This document shows, piece by piece, positions 1 through 11,940 of a stretch of DNA of 64,000 nt (the stretch's first letter is position 1; each line of letters starts with the position of its first letter). A program made the translations under genes and the position numbers. Under the pieces are notes generated by a model. The model was given only the letters and a program-made list of their open reading frames with translations. It searched no databases and had not been told where the DNA came from. This DNA is from Paragordius varius. Taxonomy: Eukaryota > Animalia > Nematomorpha. The DNA lies in assembly GCA_964247055.1 (NCBI GenBank), contig OZ176058.1, forward strand, positions 1,054,001 through 1,118,000, in the 5' to 3' direction.

Positions 1-1228
1 CAATGTAACAACCTAATTCCTCTTTAAATAGATTAGGGAAATTTTCAATAATTTTATCAAGTTTAAGAAAGTTAATTCGTATTTTAGGAATGTCGATGTT
101 AAATCTCGTGATCCAATCCAAGCCACAAATGAGCGGTGCCTTTGACATTTTTTCTTTCAATACACAACATTCTGCGTTCCCCAAGTTTTGCCCATTGATT
201 TGCACTGTGACTGTTGTTACGCCCAGTAGAGGTACTATGCTATTATTGTAGGCTTTTACTGGCGGTATGGGTCTAATATTTGGCTTGCCAACTTGTTTCC
301 AGGTGTCAAAGCTGATAACACTGATGTCAGCTCCAGTATCATAGATAAACGTTTGTTCTGTGTTGTTTATCATTATTTTTACGGTCCATGGTGAGGTTGG
401 CATTGCTTTTCTATGGATCTGGCGGTTGAACAAATTTTTGGCAGTGTTTTTTGATCTACACATTTTTGCGAAGTGATGAGGTTTTCCGCATTTATTGCAA
501 TTGCGGTTCCAGGCAGGACATTTGTTTGGTCCATGGCTATTACCACAACGATTGCACGAATGTGTTAGGGGTTTTGCTGTTGGCTGTCGTGAACGCATGG
601 CCTTATTATTATTATTGGTGTGTTGTAATCGATTTAAATTATTACCATTGTTATAATTGGTATTATCATTATTGTTATGAAGGCCAGCCCTGGCAGCCTC
701 GTGTGCTAGTGCGAGATCCACTATCGTTTCTAGAGGCACGGGTTGTCCGTTGATCTCGGCATCGGGATACCTAGAATGTATGTTAATTTCCAATTGTGGT
801 TGCCGTAACCCAATGACTAAGGCATCCCGAATCCGTTCCTCTATTGAATCCTTAAATTTTGCCTCTTCGGCTGCGATTTTTACCCGTTCTAGAAATTGGG
901 TAAACGATTCGGTGTTGTTCCGCACAAGTCGAAAAAACTCAAATCTGCTTTGGAATTTCGACTTTGTGGGATTGAATACCTTTAAACCCGTTGCCATTAT
1001 CTCGGTCCATTCTGCATCTTTTATCTTTTTCGGATAGAGTCGTTGGTTGATTTTGCGTACCACCATTAGACCTCCATACGCAAGCAAGGTTGTTTTGAGG
1101 GCTTGTTCTGTTACAGGGATATCTTTTGCCTCCATAACATTTGTCATATACTCAACGTATTCCTCAAACTTAATATTATCATTATATTTTTCGATGCATA
1201 GGTTAGCGAGATTGATTGGCGTTGTCAT
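1..1228 (-). CDS. Ty3/gypsy Gag-protease(-Pol) polyprotein, 3'-truncated by window edge
   Basis: Manual translation from ATG at 1228 is open to base 1: MTTPINLANL...ERIRDALVIGLRQPQ...zinc knuckles CNRCGNSHGPNKCPAWNRNCNKCGKPHHFAKMC, aspartic protease FIYDTGADISVIS, then LICGLDW and FPNLFKEELGCYI. Absent from the ORF track, probably because no stop lies inside the window. Confidence 0.93.
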   Translation of the reverse strand, partial: MTTPINLANLCIEKYNDNIKFEEYVEYMTNVMEAKDIPVTEQALKTTLLAYGGLMVVRKINQRLYPKKIKDAEWTEIMATGLKVFNPTKSKFQSRFEFFRLVRNNTESFTQFLERVKIAAEEAKFKDSIEERIRDALVIGLRQPQLEINIHSRYPDAEINGQPVPLETIVDLALAHEAARAGLHNNNDNTNYNNGNNLNRLQHTNNNNKAMRSRQPTAKPLTHSCNRCGNSHGPNKCPAWNRNCNKCGKPHHFAKMCRSKNTAKNLFNRQIHRKAMPTSPWTVKIMINNTEQTFIYDTGADISVISFDTWKQVGKPNIRPIPPVKAYNNSIVPLLGVTTVTVQINGQNLGNAECCVLKEKMSKAPLICGLDWITRFNIDIPKIRINFLKLDKIIENFPNLFKEELGCYI

Positions 1229-1285
1229 GTTCGATTGGGTATCAGTAAGACCTCCACTAGCACTAGCTTAGTTCGGTACTCGAAT

Positions 1286-1293
1286 TGCCACCA
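1286..1293 (-). other. Primer-binding site (TGGTGGCA)
   Basis: Minus strand reads ...AAGATAACA-T-TGGTGGCAATT..., i.e. TGG one base after a CA LTR end; TGGTGGCA matches the 3' end of typical tRNA-Leu for 8 nt. Confidence 0.65.
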
Positions 1294-1294
1294 A

Positions 1295-1588
1295 TGTTAT
1301 CTTTTAAGATAAAGAGATAATAAAAGAAATGTGAAATGAACTGAATTATTTATTTGGTTTTTTAAGGTGTATATATAGCAATTTTAACTGTCCATGATTT
1401 GCATTATATCAATAAAATTTCAAGTAACAAAGGTTATATATTTACATATAACACAAAAAATATAAAAAATAATACAATTCAAATAACGGTGAAAGTTATG
1501 ATATATAACCAAGGTATGTATTTCACATTTGCATATAACACATAAAAATATTATAAAAATAAAGTATATCTTTCAGATTTGCATAACA
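1295..1588 (-). repeat. 5' LTR of the gypsy element (outer end could be 1453, 1540 or 1588)
   Basis: Ends ...ATAACA next to the PBS; contains TATATATAC (~1368-1376) and AATAAA (~1349-1354) on the minus strand; three candidate TGTTAT starts. Confidence 0.55.
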
Positions 1589-2253
1589 CTTTTATAGAGT
1601 TTTCATCACTCTTCGAATGATATATTGATATAATGGAAAAAGACATTTGTTGCATATCTTCAAAGAAATACATTTTTTGGTAAAATTTTGAAAAAGAAAG
1701 CGCATAATCATAAGAAAATTAAATTATAATAAATTCTTTGGCGAAATTATACTTTTTATTTCTGATTTACTGTTAAATTGATATTGCAGTAAAAACTGAT
1801 ATTTTACGGACAATATAAAAATATAAAGACAATTTTTTTTTGAAAAGACAACCAAACTTTTTAAACCTTAATCTATCCTATAAAATACATTTAATAATCG
1901 TTAAACACATATGTGTTACCAATTTACATATCTATATACTTTGTAGTATAAAACAATGAGTTATATTTAAAAAACAAGTTAAAAAAAATATGGTTATCTT
2001 TTATATATTTGCCTTCATATTTTCACGTTTTGTCCGTATTTCAATTTTTATTCTACAGTCTAATCCTTTTACAATATAAAATTAAAGAGATACAACCTAA
2101 AATCAAAAAGGAAATATTTTTTGTAAAGATAGCCATACTTTTTACCTTGGTTTTTTTGGTATAGTTGTATGATGAATAATTTTACATTGAATGTATTCCT
2201 TTAACTATTCCTTATGTTTTGCAACCAAAATTAGGTTATCTATAATTCTAGAG

Positions 2254-2498
2254 CAGGGGTGTTTCAACACAAATGGCTGTGTGGGCCCAATTTTTTACCG
2301 CCTGCGCAAATTATATCTAGGTTAATATTTTTTTAGATTTTGAACAAAAGACTAAAAAAAATATCAAATATAATTACTATTTAAGGCTACCATATTGAAA
2401 AATTTGTTTTAAATAAATACAATTTTGCTTATAGCGTTTTATTTAAGTATTAAATTTTTATTTGGTATTTTTGAATGCGGGCCGCATTGAACCTACTG
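2254..2498. mobile_element. hAT (Charlie/Buster-like) MITE
   Basis: CAGGGGTG...CCTACTG termini, internal GCGGGCCGCA, 8-bp TSD TTCTAGAG/TTCCAGAG. Confidence 0.7.
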
Positions 2499-2948
2499 TT
2501 CCAGAGTTTAATATGGTGGTCTTTGTACAAAATATTTGTATTTTATTTTTTACCTTTGTTTCATGAATGGTAAAAACGACTACCCCTAAAATTATGTCAA
2601 CCCGATCAACTGTCCTGACAGAATGAGCTTAAACTCCCCCGGACATTTTTGTATTGTTGTCAGTCAGTTGATTGTTTATGTTAAAATGAATTCAAATAAT
2701 GATTTTTTCATAGTATATTGAACGTATTTTTAACCTTTGTATTTAGAATGGTTTGGTTTATTTTGAATTAATAATGAATTCAATAAAAATTTTGATACGT
2801 TGACACGGTAAATACAATATAAATGAAATTTAGAGTAAATAAAGTTTATACGTATAAATACTAAATGTCAATTTTTTGAAATAGATAACAATATTTTTAT
2901 GGAACTTACCTTTTAAACACAAATATATATTTACAAATATAACATATA

Positions 2949-3134
2949 CAGTATGAATAAGTATACATTGCTAGAAAGTTATTAATCATTACCAAATAGC
3001 AGAAACAAAGGGGAGTATTATTGGATTATAGTTATTTTTTCACTTTTTATTATTAGCCAATATAATTCTCTTTGATGCATATGCTATTCGGCAAAAATTA
3101 ATGACTTTCTAACAATGTATACTTACTCATACTA
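2949..3134. mobile_element. Tc1/mariner-type MITE (TIR CAGTATGAATAAGTATACATTGCTAGAAAG)
   Basis: About 38-bp terminal inverted repeats flanked by TA; second copy at 26420-26603. Confidence 0.7.
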
Positions 3135-3849
3135 TAAAAACGATGGTTATAAAAATTATACTTGCCTTTTGAAAAAATAATTGTTTTTATAATTAAGTTT
3201 GTTTGAATATTAGATTATAGATATAATCAACCAAAAATTTAAGAAAGAACTAACGAGAGATGCCTATCTATGTGTGCAATGTGTGCCTGGATATGATATG
3301 ATAAAACGCATAATAATAATAATAGTAATAAATATATAAAATATGAAATCATTTTTTGTAATATTTATTAATAATATTGACAATTTTACAGTATGCATTT
3401 TAATGTCTGTTAAGTAATTTTATTGCCTGCCAAATAACATAAATGGTTTATCAAAAGCGTAAAATACTGACCCACGAAATTATTTCGTAGTACACATATG
3501 AAAGAAGATTGACGTGAGAATTATAGGCTTTAATTTGATGGATATTTTGTAGTGTTAAATTTGGGGAATATTATAGCAATTTATGTTAACATTTGTAATA
3601 TATTGTTGTTACGTATTTAGATGCGGAATTTTGTGGGTTTTTATCTTTGATAAATTAATAAATAGTAAAATACGTATTTTAAGATATTTATTCCTAAATT
3701 TAATAATAAATATTTTTCAACATGCTAAATACCTGTATTAATTAATCTTGGTATTATAATTTTATATAGTTGTTATTATATTTTAAAAACACAGGTAAAT
3801 ATATATTTGTGAAAATTTAAGTAGATTTTTGTCTTTTATGTTTTGCATT

Positions 3850-4870
3850 ATTTTTATCAGGTAAAAATTGCGGTTTTTAATAAATTTCCTAAAAATTTAG
3901 TTTTTTTTTGTTTTTTAGATTTTGCATTGTTAGTTGTAATTAACTACATATTTTGGACATTATAATAAATAGAGGTAAAAATTGCGGTTTTTAATAAATT
4001 TACTAAAAATTTAGTTTTTTAGGTTTTGTATTGTTAATTGTAATTAACTACTACATATTTTGGACATTTTTATAATTACAGATAAAAATTGCGGTTTTTA
4101 ACAATTTAGTAAAAATTTTGTTTTTTTTTGTTTTTTTAGGTTTTGCATTGTTAATTGTAATTAACTACTACATATTTTGGACATTTTAATAATTACAGGT
4201 AAAAATTGCGGTTTTTAACAAATTCAGTAAAGATTTAGTTTTTTTTTGTTTTTTTTAGGTTTTGCATTGTTAATTGTAACTAACTACTGCATATTTTAGA
4301 CATTATAATAATTACAGGTAAAAATTGGGGTTTTTAACAAATTCAGTAAAAATTTAGTTTCTTTTGTTTTTTTTAGGTTTTGCATTGTTAATTGTAACTA
4401 ACTACTGCATATTTTGGACATTATAATAATTACAAAATTTAGTAAAAAGTTAATTTTTTTGTTTTAGAGGATTTTCATTGTTAATTGTAACTAATTAATT
4501 TTGGACATTTCAATTAATAAAGGTAAAAAATGAGGTTGTTTTTATATTTAATAAAATTTAATATTTTCTTGTTTTTTTATTTAATATTGTTAATTGTAAT
4601 TAATTACTACATATTTGGAAATTTTAATGAATACAGGTGAAAATGGCGGTTTTTAACAAATTTCAAATGTAACATTTTTTGTATCTTGTATCATTGTTAT
4701 TTAATTAATTACTAAATATTTTGGACATTTAAAAAACTTATGTAAATTGCGGTTTTTATTAAATTAGTAAATTTTATTTTTTGTTCAACCTTGCTAATTT
4801 ATTTATCACTATATATTTGTGATACATTGATATATACAGGTAAAAATTACTATGACTGCGGTTTTTTGAA
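3850..4870 (+). repeat. ~115-120-bp tandem repeats in left foldback arm
   Basis: Recurring GGTAAAAATTGCGGTTTTT...ATTAACTACTACATATTTTGGACATT units. Confidence 0.85.
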
Positions 4871-6249
4871 TTTTTTAAATATTTTTTTTACATTGATAAC
4901 TTATATAATAATTATAGTTAACATATCTGAGTAGGTAAAAATGCATGTTACGGTTTTATGTTTGACATTTTATTTTCCATCAACTATTTATATTTTAACA
5001 AACAACTTATGTCACCAAAGATTGAAAATAAGATCAAGAATAAAACATCCTCGCCAAATATAAATAAATTTATTTAAATTATAAATGTATAATTATACAA
5101 AATATTCATATTATGTTTGAAAATAACATTCTTGTAATTGATATTAATACAAGTAATTTGTTTAATAAATGATGTACGATGCGGTGTGCGTTCATGATGA
5201 TCATATGGATTGAAGAATAGTATAAGATGTAGATAATCCTGAAATTAATCACCATCATTTTTTAGGTAGATTCTATCACCTAAAATATAAGATAATTGAT
5301 ATATTAGAAAATTGATACCTGGAAATATTGGGGGAAACATTCATAGTTTGAAAGGAAACTCAAAAGGTTGACTTCGCTTTTTAACAACTAAATTTGCAAA
5401 AAAATATTTTCTTCATGATAAAAAATTCAAAAATGATACCTTATTTTACGTTTTCGTTTTACCATCCTAAACTATAAATATAAAAAATTATTCTTCACCA
5501 AAGCAAACAATGTTAGTGGTGCCTGCTTTTGGAGTGCTGTTGCATTCCAAGCTTTTGAAAAAAATTATTTGTTTCTATTTTCTATTTGACGTCATTGGTA
5601 TAGTGAAATCATATAAGCCTTTTTATATTTATAGTTTAGGATGGTAGAACGAAAAAAAACATAAGGTATTATTTTTGAATATTTTATCATGAAGAAAATA
5701 TTTTTTTGCAAATTTAGTTGTTAAAAAGCCAAGTCAACCTTTTGAGTTTCCTTTCAAACTATGAATGTTTCCCCCAATATTTCCAGGTATCAATTTTCTA
5801 ATATATCAATTATCTTATATTTTAGGTGATAGAATCTACCTAAAAAATGATGGTGATTAAAATTTTCAGGATTATCTACATCTTATACTATTCTTCAATC
5901 CATATGATCATCATGAACGCACACCGCATCGTACATCATTTATATAAAATTACCTGTATTAATATCAATAAGAAGAATGTTAATTTCAAACAAAATATGA
6001 ATATTTTGTATAATTATACATTTATAATTTAAATAAATTTATTTATATTTGGCGAGATACAGATACTTTAAAAGATGTTTTATATATCTTGATCTTATTT
6101 TCAATCTTTGGTGACATAAGTTGTTTGTTAAAATATAAATAGTTGATGGAAAATAAAATGTCAAACATAAAACCGTAACATGCATTTTTACCTACTCAGA
6201 TATGTTAACTATATTTATTATATAAGTCATCAATGTAAAAAAAATATTT

Positions 6250-7040
6250 AAAAAATTCAAAAAACCGCAGTCATAGTAATTTTTACCTGTATATATCAAT
6301 GTATCACAAATATATAGTGATAAATAAATTAGCAAGGTTGAACAAAAAATAAAATTTACTAATTTAATAAAAACCGCAATTTACACAAGTTTTTTAAATG
6401 TCCAAAATATTTAGTAATTAATTAAATAACAATGATACAAGATACAAAAAATGTTACATTTGAAATTTGTTAAAAACCGCCATTTTCACCTGTATTTATT
6501 AAAATTTCCAAATATGTAGTAATTAATTACAATTAACAATATTAAATAAAAAAACAAGAAAATATTAAATTTTATTAAATATAAAAACAACCTCATTTTT
6601 TACCTTTATTAATTAAAATGTCCAAAATTAATTAATTACAATTAACAATGAAAATCCTCTAAAACAAAAAAATTAACTTTTTACTAAATTTTGTAATTAT
6701 TATAATGTCCAAAATATGCAGTAGTTAGTTACAATTAACAATGCAAAACCTAAAAAAACAAAAAAAAACTAAATTTTTACTGAATTTGTTAAAAACCGCA
6801 ATTTTTACCTGTAATTATTAAAATGTCCAAAATATGTAGTAGTTAATTACAATTAACAATGCAAAACAAAAAAAACTAAATTTTTACTGAATTTGTTAAA
6901 AACCGCAATTTTTACCTGTAATTATTATAATGTCCAAAATATGTAGTAATTAATTACAACTAACAATGCAAAGCCTAAAAAACAAAAAAAACTAAATTTT
7001 TAGGAAATTTATTAAAAACCGCAATTTTTACCTGATAAAA
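6250..7040 (-). repeat. Inverted copy of the ~115-120-bp tandem repeats in right foldback arm
   Basis: AAAAACCGCAATTTTTACC units at ~6791, 6899, 7015 plus older units. Confidence 0.85.
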
Positions 7041-8461
7041 ATAATGCAAAACATAAAAGACAAAAATCTACTTAAATTTTCACAAATATATATTTACCTG
7101 TGTTTTTTTAATTAGTAATAACAACTATATAAAATTATGATACCAATATTAATTAATACAGGTATTTAGCATGTTGAAAAATATTTATTATTAAATTTAG
7201 GAATAAATATCTTAAAATACGTATTTTACTATTTATTAATTTATCAAAGATAAAAACCCACAAAATTCCGCATAAATACGTAACAACAATATTACAAATG
7301 TTAACATAAATTGCTATAATATTCTCAAAATTTAACATTACAAAATATCCATCAAATTAAAGCCTATGTTAATTCTCACGTCAATCTTCTTTCATATGTG
7401 TACTACGAAATAATTTCGTGGGTCAGTATTTTACGCTTTTGATAAACCATTTATGTTATTTGGCAGGCAATAAAATTACTTAACAGACATTAAAATGCAT
7501 ACTGTAATATAGCTCTTTTATTTATATATAATTTAATAGTTTAAATGACATATATAGTAATATATATTAGCCATCTATATAATTTGTATAATTTTAGAGC
7601 CCTAGAAAATTATATTTTAAATATATATTGTGATCAATTAATATTAATGATTGTTAAGATTTTTTTAATATTTAGGCATAATTCTTTTTCATAAATATAT
7701 ATATATATATATCATTGTATATACACAGACACGTGGAAAACTTAGGGACAAATCTGAAAAGAAATCTGCCATACGTTGACAATTCAAAATATATAATTAT
7801 AGAATATGAAGTCAAGTATAATTTTATATCTGTTTTCTATTTTGCGCAATCCAATATGATGAATTATAAATTTAAAATTACAATTATATATATAGTTCTA
7901 TTTTCAAAATAATATATGTCTTTAGAATTCATTTTATAAATGCTTATTTGTTACACATTAGCTAAAATTGATATTGATATGTATATAAAATGATTAGATG
8001 TGGTTTTGATTTTCTATTTTGATATATTGTTTAGATAATTTTACGATTAAATATACGTTTTAAAATGTTATTAAAATCTATAGAAATCCATGAGCAACTC
8101 TGCCTCTATCGCTGATTATGGGTTTTTATATAAATAGCTTTCACATATAAACCAAATATGTCCCCATAAGAATTTATTGTATATCCTACAATATCAAGCA
8201 CTGTGCTATATATTTTAATACATATGAGAATGAAAATTGTTTTGACTTGTTTTAAATTTGAACTCCAAAAGCTTGAGACTAAAGTAAAAATGCCGAAATC
8301 GCTCACGTTTTAATATGTTTATGATTCCAAAATATACGTAAAATATAAATATTGAGGCATATATTATTGCATTTAAGATATGAAAAACCTTTCATTCAAT
8401 CGACTAGGTTTTAATCACAGAATTGTGATTTGAATATTCATTCTTATTCAATTTTTGGGTT

Positions 8462-8718
8462 GTTAATGTTGCTAAGGTCGATTCCGACTAACTGCAACAT
8501 TGAAAATATAGTTTCTCGATTCTCTGCGATTACCGGATCTGGTGTGTAGTTCGGATAATGATTGGTTGATTTCTTTGTGTTATCCATCCAACGAGTTCAT
8601 CTTCCTCCGCTTTTACGAGCACCACACTCACTTTTCCCAGCATCAGTGACTTTTCAGGTGAGTTAGATCTCATAATGTGACCAAAAAAGGATACTTTTTG
8701 CCGTATTAGGCTGCCTAG
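8462..8718 (-). mobile_element. 5'-truncated RTE-clade LINE 3' fragment
   Basis: Minus strand encodes RQKVSFFGHIMRSNSPEKSLMLGKVS then, after a frameshift, RWMDNTKK, matching the RTE C-terminal FGHIMR...LGK.EG.R.RGR...RW.D pattern; absent from block B. Confidence 0.75.
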
Positions 8719-11194
8719 TACTGATATTTCCGAATTTATTTTATATTGCTAATAAAAACTTTATTTAATTCAAACAAACAATTAATCAATCAATAAAATA
8801 GAAATCTTGGGCAAACAAAGTTAACACAAAAAAATAGTGAAATAAATGTATAAATCTTGTCATGTTTGGTATTGGGAATGATAGTTTTGTACTAAGTGTC
8901 ATAAAGAATATCACAAAACTTACGCACCTTTTTCATTCCAAAATTATCACTGAATTATTCAAACCAATCAAAAGTAAATGCAAATTGGCCCCCTCTGCTA
9001 TGGATGAGTTTTTCTAATATAAATGCCAAATGCCGAGATTCTCAATAGAGTAAAAATTGAAATTATATGGACAAAATAAAAATATAATGACAATATTTTC
9101 TAAAAGACAATGGATAATTTTTTCAATCTTGTGAATTAAATAAAACTCATTGTTTTAATTTGTAAAACATAAATAGAGATGGATTGTCTTCATATTATTA
9201 CGTGTCCGTATAATTTCAATATATTATTATTAGGTTGTGACATCAAAAACTGATTTTTTTAAAATGTATATATTTTTGCCAAAAAAAATTTAAACTTATA
9301 TATTATCTATAAAATTATAATGGACGTAATAAAATCAATTAAAGACATTATAAAACTAGGGACCGTGCTTAACATTTTAAATGAATTTAATTATTGTCAT
9401 AAAAGTAGTTTTTAGAAAGATATTTATTTAATTTAACGACACCTAATCATGAACCAAAATTTCAAACAAGTAAATATTTTTAGAATTATTATTATAAAAA
9501 AAATGCAATAACTTTAAAAGTGTTTTTCTACCGTTTTTCATAATTTGCTAAAAATAAAAAATTTTAATTTTTGCTTTTTTTAAAAAACAACTTATTTTCA
9601 GGTAATATACCATTTATCAAATATTTTTATCGGAAAATAGCTTTTTTGTCCTAAGAAAATTTACAATTTTGAAGGGGGTCAAAATTTTAGAGCTCCGACC
9701 AAGAATAAAATTTAATACAAATAAATAATTATTGCATTTTTATAGTATTTAGTTTGATTAAAATGTATAATGATAGTTTCAAAAGTTAACATCTCTATTT
9801 CACCTTAACACGATTCAAGGTATTTAAATGCCTAGACTATATTTAAGTTAATATCTTTAAAAAATACTGAAAGAAACGGTGCTAATTTAAATTTATGCTT
9901 CTATCCTTATATAATTAAAATAAATAAGCCCATATTTTAAATAAAACTTAATTTAAAAAAATTCCATATCAAACTACTTCGAAGCCATTTTTATTTTGAA
10001 CATTTTTGCAAAATATTGTGTTTATTTAATTTTAAACTAAAATTAAAGCTAATATTTTAATTATATTACATCCAGCATTGTTCAAAAAGGTTGTTTATTT
10101 TATTTTCAAATTCTAATTAAACATTTTATGTTGAAATTTAACCTTTGTGTTTTACCTTCAGGAAAATAATATTAAGGATTTGAATGATTTTTTTTATTAC
10201 AGTTAATATAAATGCAAACGATTTCAATTGGATCCATATCTTTAAAATATTTAATTTTTAACAGGGGTATACAAGTACCCCAATTTAATCAAAAACTGAA
10301 CTTGGTATTATACTAAAACGATACTTTTATCAAAAAATAAGCTTTTAAGAAAATGTGGTGTTTTTTTTAAAAAAATTGTCATATAATTTTGTTTTATTTC
10401 AAGTTTTACTGTTTAAAATTAATATTTAGCGTACAGTCGGTAGGAATTATAAGTAAACGCTATTTTTTCATTTATTATTGCCAGATAGCGTAACAAAGAG
10501 GAATAAGGTTTTAACCAATAATGTTTTTTTTGCCGTGTATGGTATCTATAAAAAAAGTGAAAATTTATCAATAATATTACCACACTATATTAAGTATTAA
10601 GATTAAAGGTATATCAACCAAAAATTAAGAGACATGAAGGCAAGAATGTCGTAAGCAAACACAGAAGATGAAAAAAGATTGGTAGTTGAAAAAATTTGTA
10701 TAATCATAATATTAATAAGTCTTAGCGGTAATAATTTTTAAGATTTAACAACATTTTATATATTGATATTTTACTATTTGGTTTTAATTGATATGAATGT
10801 AATGATATCGTTAATAAAAGTAGCCATCTATTTATATATATAAAAGATTATACTGAAAACTGAAATTATACGGGCAAAATGTATAAAAAATATTTTTTCT
10901 CAAAGACAATCATATTTTTATTTTGATTTATTTCAATTTAACTTATTGTTAAAAAAGCAAATTATAAAATAGAGATATATATAACATACACAATCAACTC
11001 TATAAATTACAATCGTAATTAAATAGCTTATGTCAGAAAATTGAGATTTTTAAAGTTATTTACACAATTTACAGTTGTAATATTTAATATATTTTTAAAT
11101 AATTTTTAAAAATTTTCATTTGATAGCCTATAATGTACTATTTATTTATATCAACCATCTACATTAATGATTATCAGAGCGTTTTTCAAAAAGT

Positions 11195-11940
11195 ATGGCA
11201 TCTACCAAGGCTGATCGCTTAACCCGTTATTATGTTTAAAATGGATCGATGAAAGCCAAAGTTGTTAATCTAACAGGTTAGTATTTCATGTATGCGAATG
11301 ACCTAATGATTTTGTCTGATTCACTGGCAGTGTTAAATGAACAGATGGATTAATATACTGAGGGAATATGAAAGTAAACAATGCAAAGTATTTGGGGGTT
11401 ATGCAAAAATGAAGGTTGATGGTGGTGGGGTTTTGAAGGATAGGTTCAAATATTTGGGGGCAAGTTAAGTTCAGATGGATCGTTGACTGTCGAAATTGTT
11501 TAATAATAAGCATTTGGATTTAAAGATTCAAGCTTTTTGCATTAAAAAATTGTTGTTATAGTAAAAGGTAAGATATACAGTTCAGTTGTTTAACCCACAA
11601 TGATATATACACAGTTGGGTAGTCAAAAAATCTGAAGAAACACAGTTTACGGATATAAAAATGTTTAGAATTATATGTGGGGCGTAAAAAGGGTAAAGTT
11701 AAGAATTAATGGGAGCACAGATGTTGAACCAATAGTGGAAAGAATTATAAAAAATAGGCCACGTTAGTTTGGGCACATTGAAGGGAGGGATTCTAATTAT
11801 ATTGCAAAAACATAAGAATCATATAGTTGAAGGAAAACGAGGGACTTAGGTGACTTAAAACGAGATGTATGGACACAATAAAAAGAAAGCTAGCAGAATA
11901 TGAGCTAAAGGAAAGGACGCTATAGATAGAGTACTATGGT
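11195..11940 (+). pseudogene. Decayed non-LTR (RTE-like) reverse transcriptase fragment
   Basis: Remnants GIYQG.SLNPLL, YANDLMI (YADD motif), FKYLG, FGHIE, VEGKR with stops and frameshifts. Confidence 0.75.

Larger units (their letters stand above)
1..1588 (-). mobile_element. Ty3/gypsy LTR retrotransposon, 5' portion
   Basis: LTR, PBS and gag-protease in the expected order; outer LTR boundary uncertain. Confidence 0.88.
3389..7504. mobile_element. 4.1-kb foldback element (giant inverted repeat), TA-flanked, CAGT termini
   Basis: 3389-5486 is the near-perfect reverse complement of 5620-7504; ~130-bp unique spacer; TA at 3387-88 and 7505-06; no transposase ORF. Confidence 0.9.

Noticed and set aside
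451-1271. Three plus-strand ORFs (100, 95, 74 aa)
   Set aside because: Antisense shadows of the gypsy gag-protease frame.
2910-2970. Apparent minus-strand exon QCILIHTVYVIFVNIYLCLK with a GTAAGT donor
   Set aside because: Its acceptor and 5' half lie within the TIR of the MITE at 2949-3134.
8106-8306. 66-aa minus-strand ORF
   Set aside because: Frame not conserved in the block B copy (27780-27990).
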